64,000 bases of DNA from Phoronis australis. Lineage: Eukaryota; Animalia; Phoronida. Of this stretch, positions 1 to 14,074 are shown one piece after another (positions within the stretch are counted from its first letter, which is position 1; each line of letters opens with the position of its first letter). The notes under the pieces are model-generated. The model did no database searches. It was not told the origin of the DNA and saw only the letters and a program-made list of their open reading frames with translations. Position numbers and translations under genes: made by a program. The stretch spans positions 839,755-903,754 of the forward strand of contig NMRA01000001.1 in the NCBI GenBank assembly GCA_002633005.1, given 5' to 3'.

Positions 1-718
1 ATGGATGGCGTGGATCAGCATTAGTCGTGCGGGGTTTGATTTTTACCATATCGTTCTCTTCTTCGTATACATATACCCTGCCATTATAGATTAGCTTGTT
101 AAAGCTGATTTTAGCGTTTTCCATGTTGTTTGATTGTGAGAATTCGTACAGCTTTCTCCTTGCCTTCTTAACCCGGATTGAGAAGTCTTCTGTTATGAAT
201 ATGTTGGGGTCCCTCACTTCTCTCCGTTTCCTCATTATTTTTTGCTTATCTTTCGAATTCAGTTTTGCTATTATGGGCCGCACTTTCCCCTGGGTTCTAC
301 GGCCCAGTCTGTGAGCTCTCTCGATGTTTATATCTACAATGTTCAGCTGCTCCTTGAGAAACTCTTCCAGTTGCTTTTCCGATTCTTCCCAGGTTTCATT
401 ACCATTTTCAACCATGCCATGGAATATAAGGTTGTCTCGCCTGGATCGATTCTCTAAATCATCTAACTTTTCTTCCAGTGATTTGACCTGATCACGTAAG
501 ATAGAGTTCTCTTCCCTTGACGTGGCATACTCGCGTCTGAGAGACTCAAAATCGTTGGACAGCTTTTCGAACTTGTCGTTTATTATCTCTAATAGTTGAC
601 GGTTAGATATATCTGTAGTCTTCGGGCTCGTCTCACTTCTAGGCATATAGGACGAAATGCTTCGAGTCACTGACCTGTCACTGGCTGAAGGTGTTGTTGT
701 CTTCCTAGACCCAGGCAT
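1..718 (-). CDS. Non-LTR retrotransposon ORF1 protein (L1/Tnp_22-like: coiled coil + RRM + CTD), 3'-truncated by the window edge
   Basis: Manual translation from ATG at 718 is open to position 1 (239 codons; absent from the ORF track because no stop lies in the window): MPGSRKTTTPS...LEEKLDDLENRSRRDNLIFHGM...NIERAHRLGRRTQGKVRPIIAKL...NIFITEDFS...KLIYNGRVY. LENRSRRxNL, IERAHRLG, RPII and ITEDF are hallmark ORF1p motifs of L1/L2/CR1-type LINEs. Confidence 0.88.
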   Translation of the reverse strand, partial: MPGSRKTTTPSASDRSVTRSISSYMPRSETSPKTTDISNRQLLEIINDKFEKLSNDFESLRREYATSREENSILRDQVKSLEEKLDDLENRSRRDNLIFHGMVENGNETWEESEKQLEEFLKEQLNIVDINIERAHRLGRRTQGKVRPIIAKLNSKDKQKIMRKRREVRDPNIFITEDFSIRVKKARRKLYEFSQSNNMENAKISFNKLIYNGRVYVYEEENDMVKIKPRTTNADPRHP

Positions 719-1366
719 TATCGCTAATATTACGTAAGTAGGTCAATTAATGGCGGACAGCCAAGGGCGCGGTTATTCCTTCTTCCTCAGGTGCTCTACA
801 CACATACTAAATATTCACTTCTGAAGTGAGTAGCACACAATATATATTATGATTTGTGCTATATATTTGGTTCAGTTGTAATTTGTACGGTGCTTTTCAA
901 TTATAATATATAGTGACACTAACACCATAACAGAATTGGAAGATGTGAGTGATATACAACAACATGAGCTAAAAACAACTACCGAAATTCTTAAGGACTT
1001 AATAGCCTGCCAAACATGATAATCCTTACGGCTTTGCCAGGGTTGTTTTCCTCTCCAAACAAAATACGGAAACGTAGTTCTAACGAATTTCACGGTGAGA
1101 TAACACTGATAACACAGTTACTCAAGGCCTTGTCATCACCTATGTACGATAACGAAGTTTATGTACGATAAATAAACATGTTGTATAACATACGTGATAA
1201 TTGTGGTTTATTATATCGAGATCGTGATACAAGGAAGGCATTACCTGGCTTTGCATATCACGTATCGAGTTCGACGTATTTCATGGTGAGATAACACAGT
1301 AAGCATATTCAGCATTTAAGCGCTCATAGTGATTTATGCTAAAATGCTTCAGTCATTAAAAAATTA

Positions 1367-1478
1367 AAATGAAAATAAAAAATATTACCTGACTAAATAA
1401 ATGTTAATGCCTGCTTACGAAAAAATATGAAAATAAAAATATTACCTGACTAAATAAATGTTAATGCCTGCTTACGAA
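1367..1478. repeat. Short tandem duplication (2 x ~56 bp)
   Basis: atgaaaataaaaa(a)tattacctgactaaataaatgttaatgcctgcttacga occurs twice head-to-tail. Confidence 0.85.
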
Positions 1479-4400
1479 GAAAAAATATTTGGGGAATCGT
1501 AATCAAAATAAACTCACCACAGAAGTAGTGTTTGTAAAGCAACTTCAGGGGATGGATCTACAAAATAAAATAACGGGAGTTTAAAAAGTATCTTGGATCT
1601 TCAGTTTAAATTAAACGGCAGGCCAAGAACACAACGAAAAACTAGACAAAACGAAACAATCGGTCACCATCGGAAAGAACAATTAAGACAAATAAATAAA
1701 GAGGGGAGTTCAACAGGATATTTCAAGTTTGACAACATCGGATAACTACAAAAGGGTGAAAAGCGAAGCATTTATAATGGCATCGTTAGAAATTCACTGT
1801 TTTAAGAAGTTTTTGAGTTAAAAGTTTCGCCGGAGAAAGTAATATTTTTCTTACACGAGTTAAAGATATAGTTAATTAACTCACCGAAACATTAACTAAT
1901 GATTTTCAGCTCGGAACACCTTCTTGAGTAGGCAGAAAGTGTACCGACAGGATGCTTACCGCCACCTGCTTTCTGTACTTTCGACGAAAAAGTCAATAAT
2001 GATATGGCGGTCTCTACTTACAATTGCTAGCAATTGTGATATGTAGGCTACGGGCAAATTAACCCATCACGATAAGTCTTGCGATTTGTCATATTAATAT
2101 GACAATTTTAGGTTTTAATGACGATGGCGGTCTATGGCTATTTTGTGGAAATAACGATGACCGGGTATCATTTGAATATTGCGAGATGAACATAGATTCA
2201 GCGTACAAAGTACGTATCTAGTATTTGCCTAGAGCCGTCTTGTGATCAAACCCCACATGCGAGAAGCTTTCGGGAGGTAAAAACCTAAGAAATATTATAG
2301 TCATAAATAAAAACGAAACCCGCCCCCCTTTCAGTAACGCTACGACAATGAGCAATATCTCATTGCGCTACGACCTCGATAAGAATCAAGACGTCGCGAG
2401 ATTACCTGAGAAATTGCCGTGTATTTTAAATAAGAACACGTGACTTTGGCTAGCGTAGGTCCCAGCGTACTGGACGCACGCCCGTACTGCAACGCAACCG
2501 ATCTAATAAGCTGTCCACAGTACATTTCAAAACTACACGATAGACGTTTTCACATATATTATCTATCAAAAAACTCTTACCTGTAGATAGGTAATTGAAG
2601 TAATTAGATAGGTAATTGAAGTAATTAGTTTATGGCAAATGTCAATGCCTATTGACTTTTTACTGAAGAGTGTAATTGTGTCAAACGGCACCAAAGGTCC
2701 AATTGAAGGTGGACGAATGCCTAACTAAATGATAGTGATTATAAAATAAATTATTCAACTTTTGCTTATATTTGGTATAATCATACAACATCAAGAACAG
2801 ATGAACGGCCGGGTTTCGCAATTCGGTTGAAAAACGACGGGTTACGAAAAGTTTTACGGACAGTAAAGAAGGTGACGTTTAATGACATTACGTTACGCCT
2901 GCCCCGATCGGCTTCCTGAATCGCAAGCATAATGATCCTCCGTTTCTGACAATGGGACCATCAGACCGCAACTATTCCAAAAACGTAGATGGAATCTGTT
3001 CAGAAGAAGTTTTTGGTGATAACAATTTTCAACTTACTTCATTTGTGCTAAACAATCATTTCACCCTTTAATTCCATAGCAAGAAACAATACCGAACAAA
3101 CGAATGCAAACAACTCCAGCGCACTGGCAAGTGACACGCAACTACCTCAGCCCCGCCTGATACAGAAAGTGGCATTCTAGTCCTAAAGTTCTGTGCTACG
3201 AGAGATGCTTTTTACAGAAATGATTGCCCCTCATATAATGACATGCATTTAAGCAGGAAGACATTATTTCTTGATTTTAGAGAGCATTTAGGGCCATGAA
3301 TGTTTATTATACAATGAATTTCATGCCCATCAGTTGCACGTCGCGTAGGAGTGATTTCTTTATAAAACGCTCCTCGTATCGGACATAATAATAGATGCCT
3401 GATAACTACCTATGTGTCTTATTTACCAGCATGTCAATCGGAAGGTCACTCTTCTTTGCACGACTTTGTTCATCTGTGCCTAGTTGTTGATGATGACAGA
3501 ATAATAAAACGGAATCACGCGAAGCAATGCAAAGAATCACGAAAGCTAGTTTCCGAGCATTTACTACACATGCATGACCAGCATGACATCTGTCTACCTC
3601 CACACTGCACAGCTATTTCAGTGGAGACCTCTGATGGGACGTGTGGCTTGTGCTTGCAGTCTTCACAGCAAACACCTGCCTTATGTCAAAATTCAGCGAC
3701 ATCTATTGAACTTGATCTAAACTAAACTATTCTCAACTTTTTGATGCATAGATTTTTAAGAGAGTTCTGGGATTTGAAACCGTCAGTTCGTTATTTCTCG
3801 AGGTCGTTTCCCGCATAAAATGATCAGGCGAGTCTAGCCTACTTTCTAAGCCTGGTTTTGTGAAACTGTCGGTTCTTTTCAACACCAGATGTCACGACTG
3901 AGTAGGAAATAATTTTGACATGAATTTGACATGCGGGTGGGAAATGAAGTCATTTTAGGCCCTGAAACAGGCGTGTTTACCTAACATTCGAAAAATTACT
4001 CATAATTGCTTACCTAAGTGCATGTGTGTGTGCGTGCGTGTTTATCATAAATGTTTTCAATTGCTTCTGTAATTCATTTGTGCAATATTTACCTGTTGCC
4101 CAGATGCCACTTTCTGTTAATTTGATTCCTGAGAAGTTAGCCAAATGTTACCTGAGGTATTTACCTATACCCATGAAATCAAATTAAAAAATGAAAAGCT
4201 TACCTTGGAAAAGAACTGACCCAATCCAATACTTCCTGTTGCTGACAGCGTACAGTATATTTGGCAATTGCAATGCTTTAGGCGGACTGTCCCACTTTGT
4301 CGATTTTATCCGCCATGATCCCGCGACATCATCTAAACGCCCCTCTTCTTGACACACGGCCAAATTGACATAATTATATACTATTTAATTTCCCACGCGA

Positions 4401-5585
4401 CATAGTCATCTTTTCTCGTTCGACTAAAAAGAAAAAACGAGACGTTTCGTGGATTTTTGCGCCACCTGCAATTTCCCATTCAGCTATAAAAAAGCAACAA
4501 AAACGCTGTCGTGCATTTCTGGATGTTACATCATGTCCCGTTCGACAAAAAACGCTGTCAGTACGTCTTAATGCAGCGAAAACTTCACCCTTACACTTTG
4601 GCTAATATAGACCCAGATGTCCCAGTTTTAATCCTGAAGTAGGGCTTTTCAATCCACTTCCGTTTTTTCGTTCTTGAATGTTGGCCGTGACAACTATGCA
4701 ACAGGTGTTCAAAGTAACATTGTCTCTTATTAGGAATATTGTTATTTTCCAGAATCCAATTTCTTTAGCTGTAACATAACAATTGTAAAAATGTGTTCCA
4801 ATGTCTCTTGTTTAGGTAACACACCCTACATGTATCAGGATCACTAACATTTACTTTCTAAAGAGGAGTTTATTTCTAAACCTTTATGGAAAGGTCTACA
4901 CAGCAACCAATGTGATGAGCTAACCACAATACATTTCAAAGCTACATGTACGAGATAGGTGTCTGCCCATTTTTGTATCCATCAGGAAACCTTTATCTGC
5001 TAATTTTGGATAGATACGTGGAGCAGTTTATCGCATTTTTCGTAAATGTAACTGCATTCTGAATTTTACTGAAGAATGCAATTGTATCAAACGGCACCAA
5101 ATGTCCAATTAATAATAATTTATAAAGATGAATAATTTTTTAAGAATACCTGACTAAGTTGTCCACAACAAGTGTGATAAATCCATATTCTAAAGGTTTT
5201 GTCTTTATAGGGTAGAAATCTTTTGAATCTGATTGAAAGTACTTACCTAACGGCTTAACTAGTCATTTACAAAACCTATCTGGTTCATTTCCTTTTTTAT
5301 GTTACTACTACACGTTGTTATTTTTCGCATTATGGCAACACTCTTGGTTTTTGGATTTAAAAACATTTTTAGTCAGGTATGCGAAAAGGTAATTACTTAT
5401 GAATTAAATTATTCCATCTTTTGATTCTGGTATAATCAAGAACTGAAATGAAATTCGGTTGAAAAACGATGGAGTTGCGAAAAGTTTTAATGGCAATAAA
5501 TCCATAGCAAGTATACACACCGGAAAAAAACGAATGCAAACGAATTCCACGCATGCGCGGCGCAACCTCGGCGGCCGCGAGACCA

Positions 5586-5723
5586 GGCGTGCGTTCAATA
5601 GACGCTAGGGCCTACGCTAGGACCTAGCTGAAACCTAGTCAAAGTCACGTGTTTGTATTTAAAATACACGTAATCTCGCGAAGTCTTTCTTTTTAGCGAG
5701 GTCCTAGCGTTACTGAACGGCAG
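5586..5723. mobile_element. Small MITE; related inverted copies at ~2322-2480 and ~7738-7897
   Basis: Imperfect TIRs (cgttcaatagacgctagg ... cctagcgttactgaacg); core caaagtcacgtgtttgtatttaaaatacacg matches the reverse complement of ~2419-2447; absent from the duplicated copy at ~11795 (gagaccggagttggc). Confidence 0.6.
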
Positions 5724-6523
5724 GCGGAATTGGCATTCCAGGATTAGAGTTACGCCTTTACTAAGTCTTCATTCCAATGATGTCGAAATTGAAAACTAAA
5801 ACGTTTCTTTGAATAGAGTAACAAAAAGGATAAAATTGCCAGAAAAACAATGGTTCAGAAATGAACATCATTCGGCATTGAAAGAATTTCTAAGAAATTC
5901 GGATTTATTGGATAAGGAAAATACTATTTTTGAAGAAGACTGAACTTTTAAATTATTAACGCAGGATTTTCAAATGACTTTTTTGAAGAAAAATGTAAAT
6001 TTATAAAGAATGAATGAAAAAAATTAATTTTAAACCAATGTTTATTTGATATTGTGGTCTGAGAAAATATAGAAGCACACTTTGCAAGTAATTTATCTTT
6101 AAATGCTAATACTGTGTTACCAGTCATTTCTTTTGGGAGGATTTGGCGAACTGTCGATATCATTAAGGTGTACACGGTGGTGCGGACGCCAAGAATCATC
6201 ACACGTTTTCAGTCACTCAAGAGGTCGGCGTCCGTCAACCACACCAAGGATGGTGGTGGCCAGGAAAATCGCGTTGGAATTGGCGTTTATTCAATACAAC
6301 GGATACGTGCGTACTATCGCAATAAACGTTGCGATAGTTGTGTGACGCATGTAACCACTAAACATCATGAAAAGGGCTCCGGATCTAACTTAAATGTGAA
6401 GGCGTCAAATATGTTTTACAGGCTGGTATCTTTCATTTTGTTTGCACCGGATATGAAGGAAGCTGTTAACGATGCCACGCAAACATCAAACCGACACCAT
6501 GATAAAGGAGGACTTAGACGAGG

Positions 6524-6946
6524 AACTGCTGTGCGTGAACATGGAATCCTCGTTAATCTCAAGATCGCGTACGTGTGAACTTGGAACTGAATATTCATTA
6601 GGGAAATCAGGTGAAATTTTTTGTTCAGTGTAAAGGATTTTTGTTGTTATTGGCCTCGTGGTCACACATTTTCTCCTTTAGCGAAACTTGTGTCAAAGGA
6701 TTGAAGGAATATGTGAATGCTAAATCAATTATTGTTTGGTTAATAAGATCGCCAACACTTGGAAAATACATGTATTGGTTAAAATTTGTAATCTTATTAA
6801 CATGTAATTTGATTTAGTACAGTGCAAATTTTTATCAACGTGAACGTGATTATCAGAGTGAACTTGTCTAGTTTGCTCGTGTATTCCAAGTTCACGCATA
6901 CGCGATCTTGAGATTAAGCATGATTCCACGTTCACGCAAAGCAGAA
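6524..6946. repeat. Inverted repeat pair (~60-bp arms, MITE-like); duplicate at ~12594-13014
   Basis: ctgctgtgcgtgaacatggaatc...ttaatctcaagatcgcgtacgtgtgaacttggaa vs ttccaagttcacgcatacgcgatcttgagattaa...gattccacgttcacgcaaagcag. Confidence 0.7.
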
Positions 6947-9900
6947 CGAGATAGAACCTGCATGTCAGCACCGCTGAAGCACGTGACGTTAGGATAAGGT
7001 GCCTACTAACAGTACCAAGCTGCTGATGGGAACGCAACGCAAGCTCCCTGGCGAGGATCACGAGCACGTACGCCTGACGAAAGACAGTCCCAGCTTTTCG
7101 GTCTGCATATTTAGTATGGAGAAGATGACTTATCACAAGTGGTGCAAATTGCACTAGCTGAAATAGCGCTGAGCCTAGCGACTGAACTCGTAACCTGTTC
7201 TGTGAGAGTGTGTGGACGGCACTTTAGACAAAGTCGTCACAAGTTTGCCTAATTAAAAGAAGTCGATAAAATTAAATTAAAGCACTCTCCCTCCGACTTA
7301 GATTCAAGTCAAACAAATTAATTATGAACCCGTTTAATAGTTCGAAACTTATTAAGACACAACGTAGGACCTCCGTGTATTTAGCTAAATAAACCAGCAA
7401 ACGTATACACTCTGATTTTCGAAAGTTTGTCAAATCCATCCGACCTGTTTTCGAGGCCCCTACNCTACGGGCAAATTAACCCATCACGATAAGTCTTGCG
7501 ATTTGTCATATTAATATGACAATTTTAGGTTTTAATGACGATGGCGGTCTATGGCTATTTTGTGGAAATAACGATGACCGGGTATCATTTGAATATTGCG
7601 AGATGAACATAGATTCAGCGTACAAAGTACGTATCTAGTATTTGCCTAGAGCCGTCTTGTGATCAAACCCCACATGCGAGAAGCTTTCGGGAGGTAAAAA
7701 CCTAAGAAATATTATAGTCATAAATAAAAACGAAACCCGCCCCCCTTTCAGTAACGCTACGACAATGAGCAATATCTCATTGCGCTACGACCTCGATAAG
7801 AATCAAGACGTCGCGAGATTACCTGAGAAATTGCCGTGTATTTTAAATAAGAACACGTGACTTTGGCTAGCGTAGGTCCCAGCGTACTGGACGCACGCCC
7901 GTACTGCAACGCAACCGATCTAATAAGCTATCCACAGTACATTTCAAAACTACACGATAGACGTTTTCACATATATCATCTATCAAAAAACTCTTACCTG
8001 TAGATAGGTAATTGAAGTAATTAGTTTATGGCAAATGTCAATGCCTATTGACTTTTTACTGAAGAGTGTAATTGTGTCAAACGGCACCAAAGGTCCAATT
8101 GAAGGTGGACGAATGCCTAACTAAATGATAGTGATTATAAAATAAATTATTCAACTTTTGCTTATATTTGGTATAATCATACAACATCAAGAACAGATGA
8201 ACGGCCGGGTTTCGCAATTCGGTTGAAAAACGACGGGTTACGAAAAGTTTTACGGACAGTAAAGAAGGTGACGTTTAATGACATTACGTTACGCCTGCCC
8301 CGATCGGCTTCCTGAATCGCAAGCATAATGATCCTCCGTTTCTGACAATGGGACCATCAGACCGCAACTATTCCAAAAACGTAGATGGAATCTGTTCAGA
8401 AGAAGTTTTTGGTGATAACAATTTTCAACTTACTTCATTTGTGCTAAACAATCATTTCACCCTTTAATTCCATAGCAAGAAACAATACCGAACAAACGAA
8501 TGCAAACAACTCCCGCGCAAGTGACACGAAACTACCTCAGCCGTGCCTAGTTTGATACAGAAAGTGGCATTCTAGTAGTCCCAAAGTTCTGATCAATGAG
8601 AGATGCTTTTTACAGAAATGATTTGCCCCTCATATAATGACATGCATTTTAGCAGGAAGACATTATTTCTTGATTTTAGAGAATTTAGGGCAATGAATGT
8701 TTATTATACAATGAATTTCATGCCCATCAGTTGCAGGTCGCGTAGGAGTGATTTCTTTATTAAACGCTCCTCCTATCGGACATAATAACAGATGCCTGAT
8801 AACTACCTATGTGTCTTATTTACCAGCATGTCAATCGGAAGGTCACTCTTCTTTGCACGACTTTGTTAATCTGTGCCTAGTTGTTGATGACAGAATAATA
8901 AAACGGAATCACGCGAAGCAATGCAAAGGGTCACGAAAGCTAGTTTCCGAGCATTTACTACACATACATGACTAGCATGACATCTATCTACCTCCACACT
9001 GCACAGCTATTTCAGTGGAGACCTCTGATGGGACGTGTAGCCTGTGCTTGCAGTCTTCACAGCAAACACCTGCCTTCTGTCAAACAAAATTCAGCGACAT
9101 CTATTGAACTTGATCTAAACTAAACTATTCTCAACTTTTTGATGCATAGATTTTTAAGAGAGTTCTGGGATTTGAAACCGTCAGTTCGTTATTTCTCGAG
9201 GTCGTTTCCCGCATAAAATGATCAGGCGAGTCTAGCCTGCTTTCTAAGCCTGGTTTTGTGAAACTGTCGGTTCTTTTCAACACCAGATGTCACGACTGAG
9301 TAGGAAATAATTTTGACATGAATTTGACATGCGGGTGGGTTACAGCAACTTCATACTGACATTTGAATATCATTGCATAAAATCCTAAGAATATTTCAAA
9401 ACAAAAAATTATATCAAAATCGCAAGTTGATGTTTAATATCAAATACTTAACCAGGAAAACTTACGCAAGTTCAGAGGAAATATGAAAAAGTCTCTTGAC
9501 TTCTGCCATCATTGTGTTCGCTCATTAAATCAAAACTTACGAATCAAATCTAAAATAGTTAAGATATCTGAAAAATAATAAAATGACACCTACACTCCCA
9601 GCAGATTTTCATGCTATAAGTCAGTTTTAACTTAAATATCACTACATAAATATTGAATAGACAAACCATAATTATTATATCATTTTGACTCGAAATTTTT
9701 TAAAATTCAGAATATTACGTGCTCCTGATCCAGACGATACCTCAGTATTCCAGGTAAAATTTGTGTAGTGAAATCATTGCTGCTTCCCCGGCTTTCACAC
9801 CTTTTACCATAGAACTCTAGCCCTGGAATGCCAACTCCCGCACGTGACCCAAGTATTCTATTATTAGAGCTTGCGACATTGAGACTGGCCGCGAGAGTTT

Positions 9901-12900
9901 GCACTGAGAATTTCTGGCTGCCTGATCGACTGAGTTTTGTTCAAGAGTTATAGTTATCAAATCAAGCCTAATTTCATTGCTTCATTTTCATTTTGTTATC
10001 TTTTCAGCTCCAGTCGTAGAACCACTTTCCGGCGACAACCTATCTTTATTACCTGCCAGTTTTTCAACAAGACATTTTTGGGTGTTAAAATCGTGCTACA
10101 ATATTTTACGGAAACAAGTTAGGTCTATATTTGGCCAAAATGAAAGTCATTTTAGGCCCTGAAACAGGCGTGTTTACCTAACATTCGGAAAATTACTCAT
10201 AATTGCTTACCAAAGTGCATGTGTGTGTGCGTGTGTTTTTATCATAATTGTTTTCAATTGTTTCTGTAATTCATTTGTGCAATATTTACCTGTTGCCCAG
10301 ATGCCACTTTTTGTTAATTCGATTCCTGAGAAGTTAGCCTACTGTTACCTGTGATATTTACCTATACCCATGAAATCAAATTAAAAAATGAAAAGCTTAC
10401 CTTGGAAAAGAACCCAATCCAGTACTTCTTGTTGCTGACAGCGTACAGTATATTTGACAATTGCCCCGCTTTAGGCGGACTGTCCCACTTTGTCGATTTT
10501 ATCCGCCATGATCCCGCCACACCATCTAAACGCCCCGCTTCTTGACTCACGGCCAAATTGTCATAATCATATACTATTTAATTTCCCACGCGACATAGCC
10601 ATTTTTTCTCGTTCGACTAAAAAGCAAAAACGGGAAGTTTCGTGGGTTTTTGCGGCACCTGCAATTTCCCATTAAGCTATAAAAAGCAACAAAAACGCTG
10701 TCGGGTATTTCTGGATGTTCCATCACGTCTCGTTCGACAAAAAAGTTGTCAGTACGTCTTTGTGTGTTGCAGCGAAAACTTCACCCATACATTTTGGCTA
10801 ATATAGACCCAGATGTCCCAGTTTTAATCCTGAAGTCCCGCTTTTCAATCCAGGTATTCCGTTTTTTCGTTCTTGAATGTTGGCCGTGACAACTATGCAA
10901 CAGGTGTTCAAAGTAACATTGTCTCTTATTAGGAATATTGTTATTTACCAGAATCCAATTTCTTTAGCTGTAACATAACAATCGTAAAAATATGTTCCAA
11001 TGTCTCAACATACCCTACATGTATCAGGATCACTAACATTTACTTTCTAAAGAGGAGTTTATTTCTAAACCTTTATCGAAAGGTCTACACAGCAACCAGT
11101 GGGATGAGCTAACCACAATACATTTCAAAGCTACGAGATAGGTGTCTGCCCTTTTTTGTATCTATCAGGAAACCTTTATCTGCTAATTTTGGATAGATAC
11201 GTGGAGCAGTTTATGGCATTTTTCGTAAATATAACTGCATTCTGAATTTTACTGAAGAATACAGTTGTATCAAACGGCACCAAATGTCCAATTAATAATA
11301 ACTTATAAAGATGAATAATTTTTTAAGAATGCCTGACTAAGTTGTCCACAACAAGTGTGATAAATCCATATTCTAAAGGTTTTGTCTTTATAGGGTAGAA
11401 ATCTTTTGAATCTGATTGAAAGTACTTAGCTAACGGCTTAACTGGCCATTTACAAAACCTATCTGGTTCATTTCCTTTTTTATGTTACTACTACACGTTG
11501 TTATTTTTCGCATTATGGCAACACTCTTGGTTTTTGGAATTAAAAACATTTTTATTCGGGTATGCGAAATGATAATTACTTATGAATTAAAGTAGTAATC
11601 TTTTGCTTCAGGTATAATCATCAAGAACTGACAAAAGTTTTCTAATGACATGGCTCTTATGAAATTCGATTGAAAAACGGCGGAGTTGCGAAAAGTTTTA
11701 CTGACAGTGAATCCATAGCAAGTATACACACCGGAAAAAAACGAATGCAAACGAATTCCACGCATGTGCGGCGCAACCTCAGCGGCTGCGAGACCGGAGT
11801 TGGCATTCCAGGACTAGAGTTATGCTTTCACTAAGTCTTCATTCCACAATGATGTCGGAAATTGAAAACTAAAACGTTTCTTTGAATAGAGTAACAAAAA
11901 GGATAAAATTGAGAGAAAAACAATGGTTCAGAAATAATGAACATCATTCGGCATGGAAAGAATTTCTAAGAAATTCGGATTTATTGGATTAGGAAAATAC
12001 TATTTTTGAAGACTGCGCTTTTAAATTATTAGCGCAGGACTTTCAAATGACTTTTTGAAGAAAAATGTAAATTTATAAAGAATGAATGAAAAAAAAATTA
12101 AGGCAATGTTTATTTGATATTGTGGTCTGAGAAAATGTAGAAGCACACTTTGCAAGTAATTTATCTTTAAATGTTAACACTGTGTCACCAGTCATTTCTT
12201 TTGGGAGGATTTGACCGACTGTCGATATCATTAAAGTGTACACGGTGGTGCGGACGCCAAGAATCATCACACGTTTTCAGTCACTCAAGAGGTCGGCGTC
12301 CGCCAACCACACCAAGGATGGTGGTGGCCAGGAAAATCGCGTTGGAATTGGCGTTTATTCAATACAACGGATACGTGCGTACTATCGCAATAAACGTTGC
12401 GATAGTTGTGTGACGCATGTAACCACTAAACATCATGAAAAGGTCTCCGGCTCTAACTGAAATGTGAAGGCGTCAATTATGTTTTACAGGCTGGTATCTT
12501 TCATTTTGTTTGCACCGGATATAAAGGAAGCTGTTAACGATGCCACGCAAACATCAAACCGACACCATGATAAAGGAGGACTTAGACGAGGAACTGCTGT
12601 GCGTGAACATGGAATCCTCGTTAATCTCAAGATCGCGTACGTGTGAACTTGGAACTGAATATTCATTAAGGAAATCAGGTGAAATTTTTTGTTCAGTGTA
12701 AAGGATTTTTGTTGTTATTGGCCTCGTGGTCACACATTTTCTCCTTTAGCGAAACTTGTGTCAAAGGATTGAAGGAATATGTGAATGCTAAATCAATTAT
12801 TGTTTGATTAATAAGATCGCCAACACTTGGAAAATACATGTATTGGTTAAAATTTGTAATCTTATTAACATGTAATTTGATTTAGTACAGTGCAAATTTT

Positions 12901-14074
12901 TATCAACGTGAACGTGATTATCAGAGTGAACTTGTCTAGTTTGCTCGTGTATTCCAAGTTCACGCATACGCGATCTTGAGATTAAGCATGATTCCACGTT
13001 CACGCAAAGCAGAACGAGATAGAACCTGCATGTCAGCACCGCTGAAGCACGTGACGTTAGGATAAGGTGCCTACTAACAGTACCAAGCTGCTGATGGGAA
13101 CGCAACGCAAGCTCCCTGGCGAGGATCACGAGCACGTACGCCTGACGAAAGACAGTCCCAGCTTTTCGGTCTGCATATTTAGTATGGAGAAGATGACTTA
13201 TCACAAGTGGTGCAAATTGCACTAGCTGAAATAGCGCTGAGCCTAGCGACTGAACTCGTAACCTGTTCTGTGAGAGTGTGTGGACGGCACTTTAGACAAA
13301 GTCGTCACAAGTTTGCCTAATTAAAAGAAGTCGATAAAATTAAATTAAAGCACTCTCCCTCCGACTTAGATTCAAGTCAAACAAATTAATTATGAACCCG
13401 TTTAATAGTTCGAAACTTATTAAGACACAACGTAGGACCTCCGTGTATTTAGCTAAATAAACCAGCAAACGTATACACTCTGATTTTCGAAAGTTTGTCA
13501 AATCCATCCGACCTGTTTTCGAGGCCCCTACATAGTCATCAGTTAATTTTGGCTACATTGATGACTGCTTTTAATGTTGATAATATTGAGGATGCGTCTG
13601 ACGACCTCTTTGCCGGTACCAGCCATTTTTGAAATTCGACCCCACCCCTTTTAGAAGCTGGTGGCGCTTATGAACCGAGATCCGCCAGTGGAATCGGTTT
13701 ACACCCCACATACCACCATTGACGCAGACCATTATACGCTCCCAACGTTGGCTGTCATAAATCCCACGAAAAACGTTTCTAGTCGTGGAATACGATCGAC
13801 AATCCTGAGCAAGATTACACTATTAAGTTGTAGATAGAGTTTAGAACTCATGGCACATGAGGTAGGTCTACTCGGGATCTTCGAATTGAAAACATTACAT
13901 TAAATTTAGTTTTTGAATTTCTCGGGTGGCTCACCAAAAATGGCCGTTGGAATTGAATGGCACCGAAATTCACTTTATAAACGTAAAAAAATAAGTAAAG
14001 AAGAAATGCAAATCAACAATTATTAAGTCACAAACCCGAATGCTCTTCAAAAACATTTCTTTATTTATACCACA

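Larger units (their letters stand above)
2048..13531. repeat. Near-identical tandem duplication: 2048-7463 and 7465-13531, joined by a single N (probable uncollapsed haplotypes)
   Basis: Sequence after n7464 (ctacgggcaaattaaccc...) restarts at 2048; both copies end in ...gaggcccctac. The ends are almost identical; the middle carries SNPs and indels. Confidence 0.9.

Noticed and set aside
6114-7154. 154-aa and 141-aa ORFs repeated at 12236-13222
   Set aside because: Repetition only reflects the duplicated segment; the 154-aa frame is broken by a stop in the second copy, there are no recognisable motifs, and they overlap an inverted repeat.
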